Origin: Patescibacteria group bacterium
GTDB lineage: Bacteria; Patescibacteriota; Patescibacteriia; UBA2591; JAQUPP01
Assembly: GCA_041649955.1 (NCBI GenBank)
Contig: JBAZMD010000001.1
Location: 68,079-132,078, forward strand
Direction of reading: 5' to 3'
DNA length: 64,000 bases
Shown: positions 1-8,759 of the stretch, in pieces
How positions within the stretch are numbered: the stretch's first letter is position 1
Layout of the letters: each line of letters begins with the position of its first letter
Program-made: the position numbers and the translations under genes
The notes under the pieces: generated by a model
What the model was told of the DNA's origin: nothing
The model's input: the letters and a program-made list of their open reading frames with translations, nothing else
The model's database searches: none

Positions 1-91
1 AGGCCGCCACCAAACCGAATCCGGCCGTAATTAAAGAAGATAATTTTTCTAAAATTTCCAACTTGAGTGATTTTTGATTTTGTTTAGACAT
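1..91 (-). CDS. N-terminal fragment of an upstream gene of unknown function; start codon ATG at 89-91 on the minus strand, MSKQNQKSLKLEILEKLSSLITAGFGLVAA...
   Basis: Reverse complement of 1-91 reads from ATG with no stop and runs off the window. Overlaps the alr stop by 8 nt. Confidence 0.3.
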   Translation of the reverse strand, partial: MSKQNQKSLKLEILEKLSSLITAGFGLVAA

Positions 92-1199
92 ATTTTCTCG
101 AAATTAATGAATTAATTCTGCAAACTGTTTCGTAATTAATAGTGCCTATTTTCTTGGCCAAATCATCAACTGTAATTTCATTTTTATTTTGTCTGCCGAT
201 TAAAACCACTTCTTCACCTTCTTTGATATCCGGTATTTTACTGACATCAACCATTGTTAAATTCATGCAGATTCTTCCGCGAATCGGGCAATATTTGCCG
301 CGAATTAAAACTTGGCCGCAGTTTGAAAGATGGCGATCATAACCGTCAAAATAACCGATTGGCAGAACAGCCAATTTTGTCGCCTTGTCTGTTTGATAAG
401 TTCTGTCATATCCGACAAAAGTTCCGGCCGGCACATTTTTAATTTGAATAATTTTTGTTTTCCACGATAAAGCCGGCTCAAGTTTGATTTTTTTCTTTTT
501 AGCCGATAATTCAGTATTGTTTGAAGGATAAAGGCCGTACATGCCAAGACCGACTCTGACTAAATTAAAAAATGTTTTTGAATTATTCATTGTTGAAGCC
601 GAACAACCGCTGTGAACCAAAGGTATTTTGATGCCGAAAAATCGCAACAGAGATAATATTTTTTGAAATTTTTCAGTTTGTTGATTGGTATAAGATTGGT
701 CTTTTGATTCCGATTCGGCATAATGAGTAAAAATTCCGACAATATTCAAGTTCGGCAAATTCTTAACATTTTTTATAAAATTAACCGCTTCTTCGGTGGA
801 GACACCTATTCTTGTCGCGCCAGTGTCAATTTTAATGTGGATGTTAACTTGCTTTTTAGAAAGATTGGATAAAAACTTTGCCTGCTCAAAAGTATAAACC
901 GGAAAATCTATATTTTGTTTAATCGCCTCTTTCACTTGATCTGTCATTTCCCAATAAGATAAAATAAAAATCGGGGCTTTGATTTTCGCCCGCCTAAGCA
1001 TCAGTGCTTCGTCTAAATTAACCACGCCCAGCCAATTAGCCCCTGATTTTAAGGCAATTTTGGCTATTTCAACCATTCCATGGCCGTAAGCATTGCTTTT
1101 AACCACAGCCATTAATTTCACTTTTGGGCCGATAATTTTTCTGAATTGGCCGAGATTATGTTTAATTGCCTGTTTTTTAATTTCAATCCAAGTGAACAT
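84..1199 (-). CDS. alr: alanine racemase
   Basis: 371 aa. N-terminal PLP-lysine motif VVKSNAYGHG, and overall length and architecture typical of Alr. Confidence 0.85.
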   Translation of the reverse strand: MFTWIEIKKQAIKHNLGQFRKIIGPKVKLMAVVKSNAYGHGMVEIAKIALKSGANWLGVVNLDEALMLRRAKIKAPIFILSYWEMTDQVKEAIKQNIDFPVYTFEQAKFLSNLSKKQVNIHIKIDTGATRIGVSTEEAVNFIKNVKNLPNLNIVGIFTHYAESESKDQSYTNQQTEKFQKILSLLRFFGIKIPLVHSGCSASTMNNSKTFFNLVRVGLGMYGLYPSNNTELSAKKKKIKLEPALSWKTKIIQIKNVPAGTFVGYDRTYQTDKATKLAVLPIGYFDGYDRHLSNCGQVLIRGKYCPIRGRICMNLTMVDVSKIPDIKEGEEVVLIGRQNKNEITVDDLAKKIGTINYETVCRINSLISRKYV

Positions 1200-1230
1200 A
1201 CCAAATTTGTCGAAATTTATGAGTTAAGAA

Positions 1231-1385
1231 GTAGCGAAATAAATTTCGCTACAAATTTGAGTACCCCGTCTCCAAACCTGTCAACAAAATAAATATTGTT
1301 AATGTAAATAAGCCGCAGGCGTTACCGTGAGTTAAATTCACGATTATCTCAAAATTTTATTCGGGTTTGGGGCGTGGGTTAACGT
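1231..1385 (+). repeat. intergenic repeat element, family B copy 1 (~155 bp)
   Basis: Aligns by eye with 38054-38202 and 40506-40658. Starts with palindrome GTAGCGAAAT-AA-ATTTCGCTAC. Carries conserved blocks TAAGCCGNAGGCGTT and GGGTTTGGGGCGTGGGT. Confidence 0.6.
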
Positions 1386-1412
1386 GTCTATATTTTATCA
1401 GAAATAAACGAT

Positions 1413-1440
1413 TTGACAAGTATAAAATTTTTGCTATAAT
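1413..1440 (+). promoter_or_regulatory. sigma70-like promoter (TTGACA-16-TATAAT) for the small ORF
   Basis: TTGACA at 1413-1418 and TATAAT at 1435-1440. Confidence 0.5.
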
Positions 1441-1465
1441 AAATTTGAAATAAAGGAGGTGAAAA

Positions 1466-1642
1466 ATGATAGGCGGTATAATTCTTGTGGTAATTGGTTT
1501 TATATTATTTGAAGTTAGTTTTAGTTGGGATTTAAAAAATCTTGGTTCATTAAATCTCAATTTAATACAAGATTACGGGCCTCCAATAACAATAATATGC
1601 GCAGGCGCCATGATCTTAATAGGAATAAATAAAATCTTCTAA
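1466..1642 (+). CDS. small hydrophobic membrane protein (58 aa), missed by the ORF track because it is under 60 aa
   Basis: Strong RBS AAGGAGGTG 7 nt before ATG. MIGGIILVVIGFILFEVSFSW...ICAGAMILIGINKIF has two hydrophobic segments. A promoter lies upstream and a hairpin downstream. Confidence 0.5.
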   Translation: MIGGIILVVIGFILFEVSFSWDLKNLGSLNLNLIQDYGPPITIICAGAMILIGINKIF

Positions 1643-1699
1643 AACTTTACCACTAAAATACAAAATAAGCATCCATTTAATATCGGGTGCTTATTTTTT

Positions 1700-1733
1700 T
1701 ATCCCGCACCTTCCTAATAAAAAAGATGCGGGA
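1700..1733 (+). terminator. hairpin ATCCCGCA...TGCGGGAT followed by a T-rich tract
   Basis: Perfect 8-bp arms, seen directly. Confidence 0.45.
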
Positions 1734-1744
1734 TTTATTCTATT

Positions 1745-3073
1745 TTATTTCTTTTCAATTTTTGAAAAACCGCAATATTTTTGCAAGACTTCTGGAATCA
1801 AGATTGATCCGTCTTTTTGCTGATAATTTTCCAAAACAGCCAAAATCATTCTTCCCAAAGCCACGCCGGTATCATTAACAGTATAACAATATCCTTTTTC
1901 ATTATTATTTTTTTGATAGCGAATATTCAATCTTCTGGCTTGAAAATCAGTCGCGTTGGTGTCAGTCATTGTTTCCATAAATTCATTGGCCGCTATTCTC
2001 CAAGTTTCAACATCATATTGCTTGTGACTGGCGGCATAACCGGCATCACCGGTGCATTTTTGAATCACCCGATAAGGCATTTTAAGTTGTTGCAGCAACC
2101 ATTCATTAATAGACACCAATTCTTCAAAAATTTCATCTGCTTGCTCGGGAAGGCAAATAACGTCCATTTCCAATTTATCAAATTGATGGACTCTTTTTAT
2201 TCCGTGAACGTCTTTTCCCCAAGAACCGACCTCGCTTCTAAAACAAGAAGACAGAGAGCACATTTTAAAAGGCATATCTTTTTCTGAAAATCTTCTATCC
2301 ATTCCGTAGCCGAAAAGTGACGGCTCGGAAGAACCGACTAAAAATAATTTATTTTTATCTTCCACGTTTTCATCGCTGATTTTATAAACCTGATCATATC
2401 CTTCGGGAAAATGGCTGGTGCCAAAAAGCACTCTTTCTTTAACCATCAAAGGCACAACCATTGGCATGAACTTTCTTCTTAAAAGTTCTTTGAATAACAA
2501 ATCAATAATCGCAAATTGCAAAATAACCGCTTCTTTTTTTAAGTAACAAAATCTTGAACCCGAAGTCAGGGCGCTTTGTTCTACGTCAATAATATCCAAA
2601 TCTTTGCCCAATTCAATATGATCCTTGCCCGGAAAATCAGATTTCGGCATCTGAGCAACGACTTCAAATCCTTTTCCCAATAAAGATTTATCTAAATATC
2701 CTTTTTCCGGAGTCCAGACTCTGACATCAATATTATCGTCTTCGCTTTTGCCGATTGGCGTATCTTCGCTCATCAAATTGGGAACCCAAACAGCCAATTT
2801 GTCCATTTTAGTTTTAATTTCTTCAAGTGATTCTTCTGTGGTTTTTAATTTTTCTTTCAATTCTTTTCCTTTGGCTCTTATCGCTTCATCTTTACCGGCA
2901 GTTAAATTATTTCTCTCAGCGCGAATATTTTCCACTTCTGTTAATTTTTTTCTGTATTCTTCGTCCAATTCCAATAACGCATCCACATCAGCTTTTTGCA
3001 AATCCATTTTTCGATTGATAATATTTTGCTTGATTTTTTCTTTGTTTTCTCTGATGAATTTAATATCTAACAT
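1745..3073 (-). CDS. serS: seryl-tRNA synthetase
   Basis: 442 aa. N-terminal coiled-coil arm followed by a class II aaRS core. Length and motifs typical of SerRS. Confidence 0.9.
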   Translation of the reverse strand: MLDIKFIRENKEKIKQNIINRKMDLQKADVDALLELDEEYRKKLTEVENIRAERNNLTAGKDEAIRAKGKELKEKLKTTEESLEEIKTKMDKLAVWVPNLMSEDTPIGKSEDDNIDVRVWTPEKGYLDKSLLGKGFEVVAQMPKSDFPGKDHIELGKDLDIIDVEQSALTSGSRFCYLKKEAVILQFAIIDLLFKELLRRKFMPMVVPLMVKERVLFGTSHFPEGYDQVYKISDENVEDKNKLFLVGSSEPSLFGYGMDRRFSEKDMPFKMCSLSSCFRSEVGSWGKDVHGIKRVHQFDKLEMDVICLPEQADEIFEELVSINEWLLQQLKMPYRVIQKCTGDAGYAASHKQYDVETWRIAANEFMETMTDTNATDFQARRLNIRYQKNNNEKGYCYTVNDTGVALGRMILAVLENYQQKDGSILIPEVLQKYCGFSKIEKK

Positions 3074-3100
3074 AATGATTAAAAAAAATTATACATTTAT

Positions 3101-3267
3101 AGCGAAATTAGCTCGAACGAAGTCGCGGAAAAGCCTTAGAAAATTAAGGAGTTTTATTGAAAAATTCATCTGTTTGACGACCTCTTCGGGAGGAGTTATG
3201 AATTTTTCAAAATAAAACGAGTATAATTTTCAAGGTTTTGGAGCGCTGGAGTGAAAGCGAAATTCGC
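3101..3267 (-). repeat. intergenic repeat element, family A copy 1 (~167 bp), an inverted relative of family B
   Basis: About 90% identical by eye to 38613-38778. Its reverse complement begins GCGAATTTCGCT...CTCCAAAACCT, like family B. Contains hairpin CCTCTTCGGGAGG and a mini-ORF GGAGGAGTT-ATG-AAT-TTT-TCA-AAA-TAA. Confidence 0.6.
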
Positions 3268-3273
3268 GGCTAT

Positions 3274-4734
3274 TTATAATTTGGGGCGCAAAATTGGGAA
3301 TAAAATAACTTCCCGAATATTGCAAGTATTGGTTAAAATAAGAGCCAATCGATCAATGCCAATTCCTTCGCCGGCTGTGGGCGGCATGCCGTATTTTAAA
3401 GCTTTAACGAAATCTTCATCAAGACCTTGCGCTTCTTGGTCCCCTTTTTCGCGCAGTTTATCTTGCTCGTCAAATCTTGATTCTTGATCCAAAGGATCGT
3501 TTAATTCTGAAAAAGCATTGCAAATTTCCATTCCGGCCACCAATAGTTGAAATCTTTCCACATAATTCGGATTATCAGGGCATTTTTTGGCCAATGGCGA
3601 AAGTTCAATCGGATGATGAATTAAAAAAGTCGGATTAATAAGTTTCGGCCTGACGCGCTCTTTAAAAAGTTCATCTAAAATTTTTCCTCTGTCCCATGAT
3701 TTTTCAACTGTTATGCCAAGTTTTTTCACTTGTTCAATCAATCCTTTTAAATCGCGGTATTCTTCAATATCAAGGCCTGTTTCATTTTTAATCGCTTGCC
3801 TGAATTCCAATCGCGGATAAGGCGGTTTGAAATTCAAAGTATTATTTTGATATTCAATGGTCAGTTTTCCTTCCAAATTAGACAACAAATATTCAAATAA
3901 TTCTTCGGTCAGTTTCATTAAAACATTATAATCGGCATAGGATTGATAAAATTCTATTTGGGTAAATTCAGGATTGTGAGAAGCATCAATGCCTTCATTG
4001 CGGAAACATTTTGCAATTTCATAAACTCTTTCAAATCCGCCGATAATCAATCTTTTTAAATAAAGTTCCGGCGCAACTCTTAAATATAAATCAATATCCA
4101 AAGCGTGATTATGAGTGACAAACGGCCTGGCAATTGCTCCGCCGGCTATTGCTTGAAGAACAGGCGTGCTGACTTCCATATAATCCCGCTGATTGAAAAA
4201 ATCTCTGATTAATTGTATCATTTTCGTCCTTTTGACAAAAATATCTCTTACTTCTTGATTGGCAATTAAATCCAAATATCTTTGACGATATCTTGTTTCC
4301 ACATCAGACAAGCCGTGCCATTTTTCAGGAAGCGGTAAAAGAGCCTTGGATAAAAGTTTCCAACTCGTCGCTTTAATTGTTTTCTCGCCTCTTTTGGTAA
4401 TAAAAAGATGACCCTTGATTTCCAAAAAATCGCCGACATCAATATTTTCATTAAAAAACTGATATTCTTTTTCTCCAACATTATCTTGAGCGAAAAAAAT
4501 CTGAAAACGGCCGGTTCCATCTTCCAGATTGGCAAAACACGCCTTGCCGTGAAGCCGCAATAAAACCAAGCGTCCGACTAAACTTACCAAAATTTCTTTT
4601 TCCGATAATTTATCAAAATCATCAATCGCTTGTTTTACGGTATGAGACCTCTCGGATAAAGCCGGATACGGATTAACTTGGCTTGATTTAATTTTTTCTA
4701 ATTTTTCTATTCTTGATTGTTCTTCGTTAGTCAT
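3274..4734 (-). CDS. lysS: lysyl-tRNA synthetase, class II
   Basis: 486 aa. N-terminal OB-fold anticodon-binding region followed by a class II catalytic core, typical of LysRS. Confidence 0.9.
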   Translation of the reverse strand: MTNEEQSRIEKLEKIKSSQVNPYPALSERSHTVKQAIDDFDKLSEKEILVSLVGRLVLLRLHGKACFANLEDGTGRFQIFFAQDNVGEKEYQFFNENIDVGDFLEIKGHLFITKRGEKTIKATSWKLLSKALLPLPEKWHGLSDVETRYRQRYLDLIANQEVRDIFVKRTKMIQLIRDFFNQRDYMEVSTPVLQAIAGGAIARPFVTHNHALDIDLYLRVAPELYLKRLIIGGFERVYEIAKCFRNEGIDASHNPEFTQIEFYQSYADYNVLMKLTEELFEYLLSNLEGKLTIEYQNNTLNFKPPYPRLEFRQAIKNETGLDIEEYRDLKGLIEQVKKLGITVEKSWDRGKILDELFKERVRPKLINPTFLIHHPIELSPLAKKCPDNPNYVERFQLLVAGMEICNAFSELNDPLDQESRFDEQDKLREKGDQEAQGLDEDFVKALKYGMPPTAGEGIGIDRLALILTNTCNIREVILFPILRPKL

Positions 4735-4796
4735 AAATTTATGGTTAAAATAGATGTAATTATTATAACATTATTATAAAATATTATCAACAACTA

Positions 4797-4824
4797 AAAA
4801 TGACCCTTTAAAGGGTCATTTTTA
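4797..4824 (-). terminator. perfect palindrome AAAAATGACCCTTTAAAGGGTCATTTTT, bidirectional intrinsic terminator after greA
   Basis: 8-bp GC-containing stem flanked by A/T runs on both sides. Confidence 0.6.
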
Positions 4825-4841
4825 TTGATAAAATAATTATT

Positions 4842-5300
4842 TTATTTAATTTCAATAATTGTAAAAGTCGTAAGACCGGTTGGAACCTGAAATTCCACTT
4901 TTTCATTAAGTCTCTTATTTAAAAGGGCTTGCCCTAATGGAGACTCATAGGAAATTCTGCCTTGCGCCGGATCTGATTCTTCACTGTCCACGATCATGAA
5001 AGTCTTAAAATCATCTTTAATTTTAAGTTTGACCGTTGAACCTATTCTAACCACATCTTTATTTTTCTGATGGCTGTCAATAATTTCAACATTTCTCAAT
5101 AAATTTTCCAGTCTTATTATCTCATTTTCTACCCATCCCTGCTCTTCCTTAGCTGTCGTATATTCCGCATTTTCGCTTAAATCACCCAGTTCTTTGGCAG
5201 CACGAATCCGGTCCGCAACTTGCGGCCTTCTTACGCTTCTTAATTCTTCCAATTCTTGTTCAATTTTTTTTCGCCCTTCAGGCGTTAAGAAAAATGTCAT
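4842..5300 (-). CDS. greA: transcription elongation factor GreA
   Basis: 152 aa. N-terminal coiled coil with LSENAEY motif and a C-terminal FKBP-like domain. Confidence 0.85.
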   Translation of the reverse strand: MTFFLTPEGRKKIEQELEELRSVRRPQVADRIRAAKELGDLSENAEYTTAKEEQGWVENEIIRLENLLRNVEIIDSHQKNKDVVRIGSTVKLKIKDDFKTFMIVDSEESDPAQGRISYESPLGQALLNKRLNEKVEFQVPTGLTTFTIIEIK

Positions 5301-5317
5301 ATAGATTCATTATTATT

Positions 5318-5385
5318 TATTGTTTGTTACTCCATTCATTCCCGCCGCTACACGGCGGTATTTCTGGAGACAAACAATAAAATTA
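5318..5385 (-). promoter_or_regulatory. nested hairpin in the greA 5' leader (TATTGTTTGT..CTCCA..CCGCCG-CTACA-CGGCGG..TGGAG..ACAAACAATA)
   Basis: Inverted repeats seen directly, about 20 nt upstream of the greA start. Confidence 0.35.
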
Positions 5386-5480
5386 AAAAAACACCGAGTT
5401 AATTGGTATTAGTTTATATTATTATAGCAGGTATCCTGCAAAAGTCAAATCCCCTTGTGGAAAACTTTTTACTCCAAATA

Positions 5481-7406
5481 TTATTTTTTCTTTTGTTCCG
5501 CCCACCAAGATAAAATTTCTTTGGCAGCCGGTGCGGCAAAAGACGAACCTTCACCCCCATTTTCCACTAAAATAGTCAAAGCTATTTCCGGATTTTCATA
5601 AGGCGCAAAGCAAGTAAACCAAGCGTGATTGCCCTTACCTTCTACCTGAGCCGTGCCGGTTTTACCGGCGACTTGAATCGGCAGAGTATTTAAACTGCGA
5701 GCGCTGCCCGTCGTGATAGTCTGGCGCATTCCTTCTCTGACTAATTCCAAATATTTTGCATCAATAAAATTTTCTCTGATAATTTGGGGATGAATAATTA
5801 TTTTTTGGCCGGTTTCCGGATTATCAATTTCTTTGACCAAGCGAGGTTGAAAAAGAGTTTTGCCATTGGCGATTGCCGCCGTATAATTCGCCACTTGAAT
5901 CGGCGTTACCAAAATATTGCTCTGACCAATAGACAAATGATAAGTGTCGCCGATGTACCACGGTTCTTTTATAACATTTTCTTTATAAGCGGGAGTCAAT
6001 AAAAAACCGGTTGCCTCGCCTTTTAAATCAATGCCTGTCTTGCTGTTTAAACCGAAAAGTTCGGCATATTGAATAATTTTTTCCGGCCCAAGGCCTTCAA
6101 AATTTCCAAATCCTCCGCCAATATAATAAAAGAAAGTATTTACCGATTCGGCTAAAGCTTTTCTAAAATCAGTCACACCGTGCCCGCCTGTTTTCCAATC
6201 ACCGAAAAACCACTGTCCGATTCTTACTCCTCCGGTAGAAAGGATTGTTGTTTTCTCGTTGATAATGCCTTCGGCAAAAGCAGCGGCTATTTCAATCGGC
6301 TTAAAAATTGAACCGGACGGATATTGGCCGCTGATCGCCCTGAAAAATAATGGTTTGGATGGATCTTCTATTAAGGTTTTGAAATCACTGGCGCTTGCTT
6401 GAATAAAAATATTATTATCAAAAGTCGGCCAGCTGACAATAGCTAAAATCTCGCCGTTTCGCGGATCTATTGCTACGGCTGATCCGGCACGAGCGCCGGC
6501 AGCTTTAATATAATGGCTTAAAACATCAGTAACTTTTTTTTGCAAACTCGCGTCAATGGTTAAAATCAAATCTTGCCCGGTTTGAGGCGTTTTTTGGCTG
6601 GCGATTCTTTTTTCTCTTCCAAGCGAATCAACTTCAATATTTTTTTCTCCATTCTCTCCTTTCAAAATATTTTCGTAATTTAATTCCAATCCTGTTTTGC
6701 CGAGAGAATCAGTCATTGAGTATTCTTTATTATCAGCCAATTCTTCCGGAGTAATTTTACCCATATAGCCGATAACATGCGAAAAATACGTGGGATCCGA
6801 ATATTGCCTTTTCGGTTCTATGTTTACGGAAACGCCGGGCAGTTCTTCCAATTTTAATTTTATCGCTTCTTCATAACTCAAATTATCTTTTAAAATAATA
6901 GGATATATTGATTGATTGGGCTGTTCAGCCGTAAGCTTGGATAATTCCTCTTTAGTTGAATTTTCCAATGATTCTCCCAAAAAAGATAAAATTTTGTTAA
7001 CAATTTCTATTCTCGTTTCTTTATTTTTAGGCAAATCCAAAGGCGTTATTATCAAAGAAAAATTCGGCATATTTTTAACCAAAGGCGTCTGATAACGGTC
7101 ATAAATAAGCCCTCTGTCCGCTTTAATTGTTTCAACGCGGATTCTGTTGCCCTCGGCCATATTTCTGAATTCATGTCCGGAAAAAACTTGAAGCCAAAAA
7201 ATCCTGCCGAATACTATGGTTAAAATCGCAATCATTAAAAAAATAAAAATATTGAGAGATTTTTTCTCCATAGGCAAAACTATCGGCCCGGCCCAATTTT
7301 CTTCCGGCGGCCAATAATTGCCCGCGTATCGGCGCTGATTAAACCCTTCTAATTTTCCATCTCTGATATTTTTGTCTTCTTGTTTAATTTTAAACGGATC
7401 ATCCAT
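5481..7406 (-). CDS. mrdA: penicillin-binding protein 2 / peptidoglycan D,D-transpeptidase
   Basis: 641 aa. N-terminal transmembrane segment, transpeptidase SxxK motif (SGSIFKP), and position after mreC-mreD. Confidence 0.8.
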   Translation of the reverse strand: MDDPFKIKQEDKNIRDGKLEGFNQRRYAGNYWPPEENWAGPIVLPMEKKSLNIFIFLMIAILTIVFGRIFWLQVFSGHEFRNMAEGNRIRVETIKADRGLIYDRYQTPLVKNMPNFSLIITPLDLPKNKETRIEIVNKILSFLGESLENSTKEELSKLTAEQPNQSIYPIILKDNLSYEEAIKLKLEELPGVSVNIEPKRQYSDPTYFSHVIGYMGKITPEELADNKEYSMTDSLGKTGLELNYENILKGENGEKNIEVDSLGREKRIASQKTPQTGQDLILTIDASLQKKVTDVLSHYIKAAGARAGSAVAIDPRNGEILAIVSWPTFDNNIFIQASASDFKTLIEDPSKPLFFRAISGQYPSGSIFKPIEIAAAFAEGIINEKTTILSTGGVRIGQWFFGDWKTGGHGVTDFRKALAESVNTFFYYIGGGFGNFEGLGPEKIIQYAELFGLNSKTGIDLKGEATGFLLTPAYKENVIKEPWYIGDTYHLSIGQSNILVTPIQVANYTAAIANGKTLFQPRLVKEIDNPETGQKIIIHPQIIRENFIDAKYLELVREGMRQTITTGSARSLNTLPIQVAGKTGTAQVEGKGNHAWFTCFAPYENPEIALTILVENGGEGSSFAAPAAKEILSWWAEQKKK

Positions 7407-7429
7407 AAAAAATACTTTTTATTACTGTT

Positions 7430-7930
7430 TTATTTTTGACGCAAAGTTTTAATAATTGAATATCCAATGATTATCGCCAAGCTATTTGCCAAAACAGACC
7501 AACCAAAATTAAACCAATAAAATTTGTCCATCACCACCATAAAATCCTGAAAATTCAAAAAATAAGCCAGCCAAACAATAATTAAAATAATGGCTTGATA
7601 AGCAAGATTGCATAAAATCGCCACAATTAAAACGCTGTTTGTGGACATTTGGCTGAATTCCTTGATAATTTTATAAGAAATAACCAGAATCAATAGAAAA
7701 GTCAGAAAAAAAATGCCCGGCTTAAAAATGGAATATAAATCAAATAAAATGCCGCTTGCCAATGCGACCAAAAGGGCGAATTTAAATTTATTAAAAATAA
7801 GCAAAAGAATCATTAAAATCAAAGTCAGATTTAAATATTTTAAAACCGGAGATTTAAATAAAAAAGAAATCTGTAAAATATTTAAACAGATTATTAACAA
7901 AAACAGTAAAATAAGTTTCAGTTTAGCCAT
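7430..7930 (-). CDS. mreD: rod shape-determining protein MreD-like polytopic membrane protein
   Basis: 166 aa, highly hydrophobic with about 5 transmembrane segments, located between mreC and the PBP2 gene. Confidence 0.5.
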   Translation of the reverse strand: MAKLKLILLFLLIICLNILQISFLFKSPVLKYLNLTLILMILLLIFNKFKFALLVALASGILFDLYSIFKPGIFFLTFLLILVISYKIIKEFSQMSTNSVLIVAILCNLAYQAIILIIVWLAYFLNFQDFMVVMDKFYWFNFGWSVLANSLAIIIGYSIIKTLRQK

Positions 7931-7938
7931 AAATTACA

Positions 7939-8742
7939 TTATGGAAGATTTTTTAATATTATTGCCGCAACTCTCAGATCCGAAAGAGATTTGGGCGATT
8001 TGATAACCGCTTCTTGAAAAACAGCATTTGGTTTTTTGTTAATTTCGGCTATTTCGCCGATTATTAGTCCTCTCCTGATATTTTCTTCCAAACCCGAAGT
8101 GATAATAATATCCCCTGTTTTTATCGGTTTATCAAGTGGAATGTAATTCATTTTCATAGTTAAACCGTATTCTCCCTGCACTATTCCGGAAACTGAATTC
8201 GGACTCTCGCCTTTTATGATAATATCAGCGGTAATTTGCGAATGGCTGTCAAAAACCGGCTGTAAAAACGAGAGATAATCTTCAACTTTTATTATCGTAC
8301 CGACCAAGGTTCCATTTTCATCAACAACCGCCAAACCGACATTTACGCCGTCTTTTTCGCCTTTATCAAGTAGAAACCATGTATAACCGGTTTCTATTCT
8401 TTTGCCGACAATATTGGTCAAAATAAATGAATTCTTGGAATTATCCAAAAAATTCAAATGATTTTTCAGAACTTGATTTTCCGTTTGATATATTTGGAGC
8501 TTGGCATTTTCGGTTTTAAGATTATTTATTTCTTTTTCCAATACCGATTTATCATTCTGCCAATTTTGACATTCAATAAAATTTTTTGGATGGCCTGAAA
8601 TTTTATAAGACAATTTTTCAAATGGCGTTAATAAGAAAAAAAGAGCGCTTTTTCCTCCATTGGAAAAAGCGAAAAAAAGCAAAACTATTACTATAAAAAA
8701 AATAACCACTCTTTTTTTAATGATTAAATCATTTATGGACAT
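7939..8742 (-). CDS. mreC: rod shape-determining protein MreC
   Basis: 267 aa. N-terminal transmembrane segment, coiled coil, then a C-terminal beta-domain. Synteny with mreD and pbp2. Confidence 0.75.
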   Translation of the reverse strand: MSINDLIIKKRVVIFFIVIVLLFFAFSNGGKSALFFLLTPFEKLSYKISGHPKNFIECQNWQNDKSVLEKEINNLKTENAKLQIYQTENQVLKNHLNFLDNSKNSFILTNIVGKRIETGYTWFLLDKGEKDGVNVGLAVVDENGTLVGTIIKVEDYLSFLQPVFDSHSQITADIIIKGESPNSVSGIVQGEYGLTMKMNYIPLDKPIKTGDIIITSGLEENIRRGLIIGEIAEINKKPNAVFQEAVIKSPKSLSDLRVAAIILKNLP

Positions 8743-8759
8743 ATTGATTATTTAAAGAT

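Noticed and set aside
142-547. Plus and minus small ORFs (142-342, 254-442, 305-547) inside the alr coding region
   Set aside because: They overlap a well-supported gene, lack an RBS and are typical AT-rich spurious frames. The same reasoning applies to 1817-2287, 2748-3215, 2827-3018, 4266-4535, 5784-6002, 9824-10018, 12906-13118, 16561-16913, 31747-34193, 35997-37860 and similar overlapping ORFs.
3074-3273. T-box riboswitch upstream of serS, and of lysS at 4735-4841
   Set aside because: I looked for the T-box consensus AGGGUGGNACCGCG and a specifier loop and found none. The region is instead occupied by repeat element A1.
3251-3487. 78-aa plus-strand ORF starting in repeat element A1 and running antisense into lysS
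   Set aside because: No RBS. It overlaps lysS antisense. The only SD-preceded reading frame in the element is the 5-codon mini-ORF.
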